This document shows, piece by piece, positions 36,862 through 45,507 of a stretch of DNA of 53,208 nt. Source of the DNA: Clostridia bacterium (GTDB taxonomy: Bacteria > Bacillota > Clostridia > UBA1212). Position 1 is the first letter of the stretch. Each line of letters starts with the position of its first letter. The stretch is from assembly GCA_017959965.1 (NCBI GenBank), contig JAGCZO010000157.1:1-53208 (forward strand), written 5' to 3'. The notes below the pieces were generated by a model. The model ran no database searches. It had not been told where the DNA came from and saw only the letters and a list, made by a program, of their open reading frames with translations. The translations under genes were made by a program, and so were the position numbers.

Positions 36862-39291
36862 ATGAAAAAAATGCTGACGTTCATACTTATATTGGCGATG
36901 ATGCTGTCAATTCTTCCGGCGGGGAATATCGTATCCTTCGGAGATACCGCTCCCCATTACGAGCTGACAGCCGGAAAAGCCTATCCCGGCGGTTCTGTGG
37001 AGCTGACCATTTCGATCGCGAACAATCCCGGGGTCATTTCCCTGAGAAACTCGGTCACGTTCAATATGGACATTTTTACCCTTGAGTCCGTGGAGGATCT
37101 GGGGCTTCTGAACGGATTTACGACTCCCGCGCCGAAAAAGGTGTCCCCTTATACGCTGAGATGGGCGGACGCATTGGCGACGGAGAACAATTTCGCGAAC
37201 GGGGACCTGATCAAGGTCACGTTTACCGTAAATGAAAACGCGGCGCCCGGGAAATATGCCGTGACCGCGGCTCACCTTGAAGCCAGAAACGCAGGAGGAG
37301 AAAAGATCTACTTCACCGCCGCCACTACTGAGATCGAGATCCTTAAACCTCTCAAGGGCGACGCAGACGGCGACGGCGAGATCACGGACTGGGACGCAAT
37401 AATATTTAACAGGTACCTTGCGGGCTGGGAGGTCGAAATAGATCTTTCGGGGCTTGACATTGACGGCGACGGAGAGGTGACCGACTGGGATGCGATCATA
37501 CTGAGCCGCTATCTGGCGGGCTGGCAGATCGAACTGAACCCCGAGGAGACTCCCGTACCCACCCCTGAGTACACCGAAGAATACGTCAATACCGCGACCT
37601 ACAAGAACACGTACTCGATAGGCATCGACGACCTCGACAGAAAGCTTTATACCAGCGAGGCTCCGGCGATGAGAGAGAACCGCCAGGTGGGAATATTCTA
37701 CTTCCTCTGGATCGGCTATCACAGCAGCACTCTGTACGACAACTCAGTTATAGTGGCGAACGATCCCAACGCGATAAAGTCCGTTGACAACTGGATCGCT
37801 GCGGGCGGCGGCGGAGAGCAGGCTTTCCACTTCTGGGGCAAGCCCATGTTCGGCTATTATCCTTCAAACGAAAAGTGGGTCATGAGGAAACACGTTCAGA
37901 TGCTGACAGACGCAGGTATTGATTTTCTGTGCTTCGACGCCACCAATGCCTACACTTATTCTTCCAACGCTCTCAGCCTTATGAAGGTGCTGGAGGAATA
38001 CAGAGTTCAGGGCTGGAGAGTTCCCAAGGTGTGCTTCTACACAAACTCCAGTTCCGGAAAAACCATCAACACGATCTACAACGAGATATACAAGGCGCAC
38101 CCTGAGTATCAGAATCTTTGGTATTACTGGGACGGCAAGCCCATGATCGTCGGCGTTGCAGCTGACAGTGACCTTTCCGCTGAGGCCAAAAACTTCTTCA
38201 GAATAAAAGCAAGCGTCTGGCCCAACTCGGGCAGAACGGACGACGGCTTCCCGTGGATGGAATTCGGCAGGCTTCTTACGAACAATGCGGTCTACGGTCT
38301 CAACGGACGCAAGGAGGTCGTGAACGTTTCGGTGGCCCAGCATAGCTCCACCTGCACCTTCAGTCTGACGGCCTGGTACGGCTCCAACGACAGGACCCGC
38401 AGCTGGCACTCCGGCAAGAACGAAAAGGGTGCCGACGCATATCTCCACGGCTACAATTTCGCGGAGCAGTTCGAATGGGCCCTCAGAGTGGATCCGGAGA
38501 TGATCTTTATCACCGGCTGGAACGAGTGGATCGCCCAGCGTCAGCCACCGAGAAACTCGAGAGAACAGATCATATTCGTTGACAACGCCAGCGCCAACTG
38601 CAGCCGCGACATAGAGCCGATGGAAGGCGGATACGGCGACAACTACTACATGCAGATGATATCCTTCATCCGCCGCTACAAGGGCCTTGACGATGCGGGC
38701 GGAAGCTCGAAAAGGACCGTTGACCTGGAGAACGGATTTGCCCAGTGGAACGACGTTGAGTCTTACTACAAGGACTACGAGGGCGACGCCGTAAGGAGGG
38801 CCAACTCCACCTTTGAGAGAAAGGTGGACTACACGAACCGCAACGACATCACCGAAATGAAGGTGTGCGAGGACGACGGAAACGTCTATTTCTTCGTGAA
38901 AACCAAAGCCGATATCACGGACCCCGCCGCCAACGATTTCTCGCAGACCGGCTGGATGACCTTGTATATATCCACCGACCTGGACAAGGGCTGGAAGGGC
39001 GCGAACTACGTGGTCAATTTTGAGGCGCCATCAGACGGCAGGACCTCCATCGCCACATTGGCGAATTCCGACACCTTCACACCCATCAAGAGCGGCGAGG
39101 TGTCATACAGACTGTACGAGGACATGCTTATGATATCCATACCGAAGTCGATGATAGGCATCTCCGGCAAAGCCAGGCTGGGCTTCAGGTGGTCCGACAA
39201 CAACACCTGGGGAGACGTTTTCAGCTTCTACAAGAACGGCGACTCCGCGCCCATCGGCAGAAATTTCTACACCTACGGGTATGCGGACTGA
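36862..39291 (+). CDS. Secreted cohesin + dockerin + GH71/GH99-like catalytic protein, paralogue D
   Basis: Signal peptide; cohesin-like domain (A.PGGSVELTISIANNPG...GDLIKVTFTVNENA.PGKY); dockerin GDADGDGEITDWDA/DIDGDGEVTDWDA; catalytic motifs as in paralogue C; ATG 36862 after AAGGAG. Confidence 0.75.
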   Translation: MKKMLTFILILAMMLSILPAGNIVSFGDTAPHYELTAGKAYPGGSVELTISIANNPGVISLRNSVTFNMDIFTLESVEDLGLLNGFTTPAPKKVSPYTLRWADALATENNFANGDLIKVTFTVNENAAPGKYAVTAAHLEARNAGGEKIYFTAATTEIEILKPLKGDADGDGEITDWDAIIFNRYLAGWEVEIDLSGLDIDGDGEVTDWDAIILSRYLAGWQIELNPEETPVPTPEYTEEYVNTATYKNTYSIGIDDLDRKLYTSEAPAMRENRQVGIFYFLWIGYHSSTLYDNSVIVANDPNAIKSVDNWIAAGGGGEQAFHFWGKPMFGYYPSNEKWVMRKHVQMLTDAGIDFLCFDATNAYTYSSNALSLMKVLEEYRVQGWRVPKVCFYTNSSSGKTINTIYNEIYKAHPEYQNLWYYWDGKPMIVGVAADSDLSAEAKNFFRIKASVWPNSGRTDDGFPWMEFGRLLTNNAVYGLNGRKEVVNVSVAQHSSTCTFSLTAWYGSNDRTRSWHSGKNEKGADAYLHGYNFAEQFEWALRVDPEMIFITGWNEWIAQRQPPRNSREQIIFVDNASANCSRDIEPMEGGYGDNYYMQMISFIRRYKGLDDAGGSSKRTVDLENGFAQWNDVESYYKDYEGDAVRRANSTFERKVDYTNRNDITEMKVCEDDGNVYFFVKTKADITDPAANDFSQTGWMTLYISTDLDKGWKGANYVVNFEAPSDGRTSIATLANSDTFTPIKSGEVSYRLYEDMLMISIPKSMIGISGKARLGFRWSDNNTWGDVFSFYKNGDSAPIGRNFYTYGYAD

Positions 39292-39303
39292 CGTTGCAGT
39301 CCG

Positions 39304-39359
39304 GACAGGAAGAGATAACTGCGGTAAGATATAACTGCGACAGGAAATAACGGCGGTAA
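39304..39359. repeat. Degenerate repeat: ATAAC(T/G)GCG x3 with 16-bp period
   Basis: 39315-39323, 39331-39339, 39347-39355; GACAGGAA also occurs twice. Confidence 0.65.
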
Positions 39360-39392
39360 AGGGCACATTGGCGGAAGACGGAAGGAAGGTCC

Positions 39393-41279
39393 ATGGAGAA
39401 GGTTAGATTTAACGACGTAAAGATCACAGGCGGCTTCTGGCGGAAGCGGATCGATCTTGTCAGAAATACAACGCTTAAAGCGGTGTACGACAGATTTTCG
39501 GATACCGGCCGCTTTGCCGCTTTCCGCTGCGACTGGAAGGAAGGCATGCCCAACAAGCCCCACTACTTCTGGGATTCCGACGTGGCAAAATGGATAGAAG
39601 GCGCCGCTTATCTCCTGCAGGAGAAAAGAGATCCCGAGCTGGAGGCGATCGTTGACGGTATTGTCGACAATATAGAGAAAAACCAGTGGGAGGACGGCTA
39701 CTTCAACATTTACTATACGCTTTTCGCCAAAGACAGACGCTTCACCCGCAGGGATGAGCACGAGCTGTACTGCGCGGGCCATCTGATGGAGGCAGCGGTG
39801 GCCTACGCTGAGGCAACGGGGAAAAAAAAGTTCCTCGACTGCATGGTGAAGTACGCCGCATATATCGAAAAACGTTTCAAAACAGACTGCGACACGGGTT
39901 TTGTGACGCCGGGACACGAGGAGATCGAGCTTGCCCTGGTAAAGCTTTACGGTTTTACCGGCGATGAAAGGTGGCTCGAGCTTTCCCGATTTTTTATCGA
40001 CAAGAGAGGCGTCTCAGACGAGCAGCGCCCGGACTGGATGAAGCCGGAGTATAACCAAAGCCACCTGCCCGTAAGAGAGCAGAGGACCGCGGAGGGACAT
40101 TCCGTGAGAGCCTGTTATCTTTACAGCGGCATGGCGGATATTGCCCGGCTCACGGAGGACGGGGAGCTGAAGGAGGCGTGCAAGGCGATCTTTGACGACA
40201 TCACCCGCAAAAAGATGTACGTCACGGGAGGCATCGGTTCGTCCTCGGGCGGAGAGGCCTTCACGGTACCCTATGATCTGCCCAACATCATTTCCTATAC
40301 GGAGACCTGCGCCGCCATTGCCCTTGGGATGTTTGCAGGAAGGATGCAGCTTATCGAAGCCGACTCGAAATACGCGGACACCTTGGAAAGGATCATTTAC
40401 AACGGCTTTTTATCCTCTCTGTCCCTTGACGGAAGGTCGTTTTTCTACGAAAATCCCTTGGAAATACTTCCCTGCATGCACACAAGAGACGTGAGCATTA
40501 AAAATCCGGCGATCCATCTGCCGCCAATGAGAAGAAGCGAGGTCTTCGGCTGCTCCTGCTGCCCTCCGAACATCGTGAGGTTCATACCCTCCATTTCGGA
40601 CTATTTCTACACCGTGGACAACAGCGGAAATCTGCCCCTGATCTACATGCACCAGTTTGCCGAAAGCACCGCCAAAATACCTGCGGGCAAGGGCAGCGTC
40701 ACAATAAAACAGAAAACAAAATTCCCGGAGAACGGGAAGCTGGCGGTCACCGTGAAGGGCGGCAAGGCAATGCTTGCCGTAAGAATACCCTCCTGGAGCG
40801 ACGGCTTTAAGGTCTCTGACCTTTCCGGCGCGATATTCGTCAGGAAGGAAAAGGGCTACGCCTTTTTCAACGTCTCCGACGGCGCGGAGATCAAGCTGGA
40901 TCTCGGAATGAGAATAAGACTCGTGGAGGCAGACCCCTATGCAAGGTTTGACTGCGGCAGGGTCGCGGTCACCCGGGGGCCGGTAGTGTACTGCCTTGAA
41001 GGCTGCGACAACGGAGAGCCCCTGAGAGATATCAAAATAAAAGCCAAGTCGCTCAGGTACAAGGACGACGGCCCCGTAAGAGACGTCCCGTCAATCGTCT
41101 GCGAGGCGACGAGACGCTACGCGGATTCGTTTAAGAACGAACTGTACAAGGAAGCCGGGACTGCCGCAACGCTTGATTTTGAGGCGGTGTTCATACCCTA
41201 CTACGCCATGGCCAACAGAAAAGAGACCGAGATGCAGGTTTGGACCCTTGCCGAGGCCTCCGGCAAAAGACTCGGTTAA
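39393..41279 (+). CDS. GH127 beta-L-arabinofuranosidase family protein
   Basis: FWDSDVAKWIE, HELYCAGH, GHEEIE, GHSVRA, ETCA, CSCCPPN, RGPVVYC; no signal peptide. Confidence 0.9.
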   Translation: MEKVRFNDVKITGGFWRKRIDLVRNTTLKAVYDRFSDTGRFAAFRCDWKEGMPNKPHYFWDSDVAKWIEGAAYLLQEKRDPELEAIVDGIVDNIEKNQWEDGYFNIYYTLFAKDRRFTRRDEHELYCAGHLMEAAVAYAEATGKKKFLDCMVKYAAYIEKRFKTDCDTGFVTPGHEEIELALVKLYGFTGDERWLELSRFFIDKRGVSDEQRPDWMKPEYNQSHLPVREQRTAEGHSVRACYLYSGMADIARLTEDGELKEACKAIFDDITRKKMYVTGGIGSSSGGEAFTVPYDLPNIISYTETCAAIALGMFAGRMQLIEADSKYADTLERIIYNGFLSSLSLDGRSFFYENPLEILPCMHTRDVSIKNPAIHLPPMRRSEVFGCSCCPPNIVRFIPSISDYFYTVDNSGNLPLIYMHQFAESTAKIPAGKGSVTIKQKTKFPENGKLAVTVKGGKAMLAVRIPSWSDGFKVSDLSGAIFVRKEKGYAFFNVSDGAEIKLDLGMRIRLVEADPYARFDCGRVAVTRGPVVYCLEGCDNGEPLRDIKIKAKSLRYKDDGPVRDVPSIVCEATRRYADSFKNELYKEAGTAATLDFEAVFIPYYAMANRKETEMQVWTLAEASGKRLG

Positions 41280-41294
41280 GGAAGATCAGAAGAT

Positions 41295-41954
41295 ATGGTT
41301 CCGGAAAACGCCCGTGAAAAGATCGGTTTTGTGATAGAAGAGCTGAAACGCCTGTACCCGGATGCGGAGTGCACGCTGAAATATGACGACCCGCTTCAGC
41401 TCCTTATAAGCACCAGACTCTCCGCCCAGTGCACAGACGCCAGAGTCAACATGGTGACGCCTGCTCTGTTCAAAAAATATCCCGACTGCAGGGCTTTCGC
41501 CGAAGCGGACGCAGAAGAGCTTGAGGACATAATAAGATCCACGGGCTTTTTCAGAGCCAAGGCAAGGAACATAATCGACTGCTGCAATGAGCTGCTGGAA
41601 AGGCACGGGGGTCAGGTCCCTGATACGATGGAGGAGTTAACGGCCCTCTCAGGCGTCGGCAGAAAGACCGCCAATCTCGTGCTGGGGGACGCCTTCGGCA
41701 AGCCCTCGTACGTTGTGGATACCCACGCCATCAGGCTGACCAACAGGATAGGTCTCACCGACACTAAAGATCCCGAAAAAATAGAGAAAGACCTGAGAAA
41801 GTTGGTGCCTCCGGAGGAGAGCGGCGGCTTCTGCCACAGACTTGTTGACCACGGAAGGGCGGTCTGCAAAGCGGCAAGGCCCGACTGCGTTAATTGCACC
41901 CTGAGACCGTATTGCGCGGAATACGAAAAGAGAGGTGAAAAGGTTGTTCACTAA
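41295..41954 (+). CDS. nth: Endonuclease III
   Basis: LSAQCTD, HhH motif LSGVGRKTA, VDTH, C-x6-C-x2-C-x5-C Fe-S motif. Confidence 0.95.
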   Translation: MVPENAREKIGFVIEELKRLYPDAECTLKYDDPLQLLISTRLSAQCTDARVNMVTPALFKKYPDCRAFAEADAEELEDIIRSTGFFRAKARNIIDCCNELLERHGGQVPDTMEELTALSGVGRKTANLVLGDAFGKPSYVVDTHAIRLTNRIGLTDTKDPEKIEKDLRKLVPPEESGGFCHRLVDHGRAVCKAARPDCVNCTLRPYCAEYEKRGEKVVH

Positions 41955-43881
41955 CTATGACAGCTACCTTTTTCACGAAGGAACACATTGCGAATTATAC
42001 AACTGCCTGGGCGCGGCGACGACTGTGGAAAACAACACCAAAGGCGTCAGGTTTTCTGTCTATGCCCCCAACGCGAAGCTTGTGAACCTGAGGATCGCCG
42101 GGCAGTATGACGGCGGCGGACGGGGCGTTGACCTTGACGAATGGACCTCCTGGCTCATTCCCATGGAAAGATGTTCCGGCGGCGTGTTTTCCGTGTTCGT
42201 TCCCGGGGTAGGAGAATACGCTTCTTACAGATATGAGGTCCTTGGCAGCGACGGGATCCTTAGAAAAAAAGCGGACCCAATGGCAAGATTCTCAAGGCTC
42301 AGACCCTCAGCTCTTTCCGTCGTGTGCCCTGAATCAAAATACGTCTGGCGTGACGGAAAATACATGGAGGCTCTGGATCCGAAGACGGTCCATGAGAAGC
42401 CGATGTCGATATACGAGGTACACCTCGGCTCGTGGAAAAAGGACTACCGGAGAGGCGAGGACGGATTTCTGAATTACAGGCAGCTGGGAGACGAGCTCTC
42501 CGATTACGTCAAGTACATGGGCTTTACCCACGTGGAGCTTATCGGGATCTGCGAGCACCCCTTTGACGGCTCCTGGGGATACCAGGTGACGGGGTTCTTC
42601 TCCCCCACCAGCAGATACGGAGAACCTGACGATCTTCGCTATTTTATCGACAAAATGCACGAGAATAACATTGGCGTCATACTGGATTTCGTTCCGGCGC
42701 ATTTTCCGAAGGATCCCTTCGGCCTTGAGAGATTCGACGGCACGAATCTTTACGAACCGGAAGACCCGATGCTTGAGGAATACCCCGAGTGGGGCACGAA
42801 GGCCTTTGACCATAAAAAACCCGAGGTGAGAAGTTTTCTTATTTCCAGCGCCTGCTATTGGCTTAAAGAGTTTCACTTCGACGCTCTCAGAGTCGACGCG
42901 GTGGCCTCAATGCTCTACCTGAATTTCGGCAGAAACACGGGGAGAAAAAACGTTTACGGCGGCGAGGAGAACATTGACAGTATTGAGTTCCTGAGGCAGC
43001 TGAACAGATCCGTCGGAAGCATGACGAAGGGGTATATGATCGCCGAGGACTCATCCATCATGGGAGGCATCACGGTGCCTGAGGAGGAAGGCGGCATTGG
43101 CTTTGCCTTCAAGTGGAATCTCGGCTGGATGAACGACACGCTGAAGTATTTTGAGAAGGATCCGGTCTTCCGGGGCTACCACCACGGACAGCTCACACAT
43201 ACCATCGATTACGCCTTCACCGAGCATTTCATCCTGGTACTTTCCCACGGCGAGGTGGTGCATCTGAAGAAATCTCTGCTCGGCAAGATGCAGGGCACCG
43301 ACGGTGACAGACTGGGGGCTCTTAAGACCCTTTACGCATACCAGTACGCCCATCCGGGCAAAAAGCTGCTCTTCATGGGGCAGGAGTTTGCGGAGCCGAC
43401 GGAGTGGTACGAGGGCGCGGAGATCGACTGGTCTCTGGCGTCGGACACCTGGCACAGAGACGTCATGGAGGAGCTCAGGCTTCTGAACTCTCTTTACAGG
43501 AAATATCCCTGCCTCCATAACGATTCTCTCAACGCCAATACCTTCAACTGGGTCAACAAAAGCGACGCGATCCGGTCCACGGTGAGCTTCATCAGAAGAA
43601 ATCCCTGGAACTACAACGGCGCAGTCCTGGCAATATGCAATTTCACTCCTGTTTACATAGAAGGGTACACCGTGGGCGCCCCCATAAATGGAAAGTACAA
43701 GAGGATATTCTCCACCTTCGACACCCTTCCCGGCGGAGGGACCGTATCTTCCGACACTGTTCCCGCGGAGGCGGAGGAGAGAGAATGCGACGGGCTCCCC
43801 TATACTCTCACATACGATCTGAGACCCTACGAGACCGTGTTTTTCGAGGTGCCCGGAGAGTATACGGAGACCCCCGGCTGA
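41935..43881 (+). CDS. glgB: 1,4-alpha-glucan branching enzyme (GH13); conserved HD motif reads HG
   Basis: YEVHLGSW, SWGYQVTG, VPAHFP, LRVDAVASM, IAEDS, WNLGWMND, HPGKKLLFMG; GTG start after GAGG region overlapping nth. Confidence 0.88.
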   Translation: MKRLFTNYDSYLFHEGTHCELYNCLGAATTVENNTKGVRFSVYAPNAKLVNLRIAGQYDGGGRGVDLDEWTSWLIPMERCSGGVFSVFVPGVGEYASYRYEVLGSDGILRKKADPMARFSRLRPSALSVVCPESKYVWRDGKYMEALDPKTVHEKPMSIYEVHLGSWKKDYRRGEDGFLNYRQLGDELSDYVKYMGFTHVELIGICEHPFDGSWGYQVTGFFSPTSRYGEPDDLRYFIDKMHENNIGVILDFVPAHFPKDPFGLERFDGTNLYEPEDPMLEEYPEWGTKAFDHKKPEVRSFLISSACYWLKEFHFDALRVDAVASMLYLNFGRNTGRKNVYGGEENIDSIEFLRQLNRSVGSMTKGYMIAEDSSIMGGITVPEEEGGIGFAFKWNLGWMNDTLKYFEKDPVFRGYHHGQLTHTIDYAFTEHFILVLSHGEVVHLKKSLLGKMQGTDGDRLGALKTLYAYQYAHPGKKLLFMGQEFAEPTEWYEGAEIDWSLASDTWHRDVMEELRLLNSLYRKYPCLHNDSLNANTFNWVNKSDAIRSTVSFIRRNPWNYNGAVLAICNFTPVYIEGYTVGAPINGKYKRIFSTFDTLPGGGTVSSDTVPAEAEERECDGLPYTLTYDLRPYETVFFEVPGEYTETPG

Positions 43882-43907
43882 TGTGAAAAACAGTGATAAT
43901 AAGCTCT

Positions 43908-43958
43908 GCCTGACCTGCCCGGTTTTTCCAAAAAAACTGCGGGATCAGGCTTTTTTTT
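43908..43958 (+). terminator. Rho-independent terminator after glgB
   Basis: GCCTGA...TCAGGC outer stem followed by T8. Confidence 0.65.
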
Positions 43959-43959
43959 G

Positions 43960-43988
43960 TTGAACGTAAAGGCCGGAAATGGTATAAT
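43960..43988 (+). promoter_or_regulatory. Sigma-A promoter of pfk
   Basis: TTGAAC-17 nt-TATAAT with extended TG. Confidence 0.7.
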
Positions 43989-44052
43989 TTCAAGCGGAAA
44001 TCCAAAGGGAGGAAAACCCGCGCAGCAAACGTGCGCGGGATGTTGGAATGTT

Positions 44053-45297
44053 ATGAAAAAATTGGTTGGCGCAGCGGTTTTCGGACAGTCCGGAGGCCCC
44101 ACATCGGTTATTAATTCCAGCGCGGCAGGCGTGTTTCTGACCGCTCTTGACAGTGAATGCATCACAAAAGTTTACGGCGCGGCTCACGGGATCAGGGGTA
44201 TCCTTGACGAGCAGCTTTATGACATCGGCCTTGAGGACAGGCAGGAGCTCCTTTACCTTAAAAACACCCCTTCGTCCGCACTGGGAAGCGTAAGATATAA
44301 GCTCGCGGACGCGGAAAAGGACGACACGGACTATAAGAGGCTGCTTGAGGTCTTCAAAAAGTACGATATCAGGTATTTCTTCTACAACGGCGGAAACGAT
44401 TCCATGGACACCTGTAACAAGATATCGAAGTTCATGCAGAAATCGGGATACGAGTGCCGGGTCATGGGCGTTCCCAAAACTATCGACAACGACCTCTGGG
44501 GCACCGATCACTGCCCGGGCTTCGGAAGCGCCGCTAAATATATTGCCACGTCCCTCATGGAGGTCTACTGCGACGCCAGAGTTTACGACAAGGGCTGCAT
44601 CATTGTCATCGAGATCATGGGAAGGAACGCGGGCTGGCTGACAGGCGCGGCGGCTCTTGCCAGTGCCAAGGGCGCAGGCCCCGATCTTATTTATCTCCCG
44701 GAGCTTCCCTTCGACAAGGAGAAGTTCATCGAGGACGTGAAGCGCATTTCCAAAGCCAATAACGGAAACTGCATGATAGCCGTTTCCGAAGGCGTGAAAT
44801 ACCCGGACGGCAGATACGTTGCCGACAGCGGCGTAAAAGACAAGTTCGGCCATGCCCAGCTCGGCGGCGTTGCCGGGGCTCTCGGCGCGATCCTCAGGGA
44901 AGAGATCCAGGACTACAGAGTCAGGACCATTGAACTCAGCCTTCTCCAGAGATGCGGAGCCCACTGCGGATCCGGAAGAGACGTTGAGGAAGCCTTCGAG
45001 GCCGGAAAGACCGCAGTCGAGATGGCTGTGTCCGGAAAGACTGATTTCTGCGTCGGCTTTGAGCGCGTTATAAAGAACGGCGAGTACAAGTGCGAGATGA
45101 AGCTCATCCCGCTTTCCGAGATCGCTAATACAGAAAAGAAGGTCCCCAGAGAATGGATCAACGAAGAAGGAAACTTTGTAAACGAAAAATTCGTTGAGTA
45201 TGCTCTTCCTCTCATCCAGGGCGAACCGGACTACTGCCGCGAAGACGGTCTCCCCAGGTTTGCCAGACTCAAAAAGATCCTTGCAAAGGCTAACTGA
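44053..45297 (+). CDS. 6-phosphofructokinase, probably PPi-dependent type
   Basis: GQSGGPT.VIN, GGNDSMD, PKTIDND, MGRNAGW; Asp in GGNDS and the PKTIDND Lys are typical of PPi-PFK. Confidence 0.88.
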   Translation: MKKLVGAAVFGQSGGPTSVINSSAAGVFLTALDSECITKVYGAAHGIRGILDEQLYDIGLEDRQELLYLKNTPSSALGSVRYKLADAEKDDTDYKRLLEVFKKYDIRYFFYNGGNDSMDTCNKISKFMQKSGYECRVMGVPKTIDNDLWGTDHCPGFGSAAKYIATSLMEVYCDARVYDKGCIIVIEIMGRNAGWLTGAAALASAKGAGPDLIYLPELPFDKEKFIEDVKRISKANNGNCMIAVSEGVKYPDGRYVADSGVKDKFGHAQLGGVAGALGAILREEIQDYRVRTIELSLLQRCGAHCGSGRDVEEAFEAGKTAVEMAVSGKTDFCVGFERVIKNGEYKCEMKLIPLSEIANTEKKVPREWINEEGNFVNEKFVEYALPLIQGEPDYCREDGLPRFARLKKILAKAN

Positions 45298-45325
45298 TCT
45301 TCCTTTGAACAAAAGTTGATTCCGG

Positions 45326-45364
45326 ACGGAAAAGGCCCCGTTTTGAGACCTTTTCCGTTGTTTT
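45326..45364 (+). terminator. Terminator after pfk
   Basis: ACGGAAAAGG...CCTTTTCCGT followed by TGTTTT. Confidence 0.65.
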
Positions 45365-45371
45365 ACACCTT

Positions 45372-45472
45372 ATGACGCCCCTCCCGGGCGCGAAAGACCG
45401 CCCGGGAGAAGGTTTCCTGCGGAAACCCGGCCGCGCCGCGGCCGGGGCGTCATGCGGCTCACAAGCAGCCGC
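45372..45472. other. GC-rich nested inverted repeats forming a four-way junction plus a hairpin
   Basis: Four perfectly complementary stems (9, 10, 7 and 7 bp) read directly from the sequence; see findings. Confidence 0.75.
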
Positions 45473-45507
45473 AAAAACGGGTGCGTTGCGACAGGATAAG
45501 AGACGAA

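Noticed and set aside
43990-45312. 440-aa antisense ORF over pfk, and similar long shadows at 3468-4475, 17439-18545, 35401-36420 and 46459-47577
   Set aside because: Expected from GC3-biased codon usage; each mirrors a conserved gene and lacks motifs
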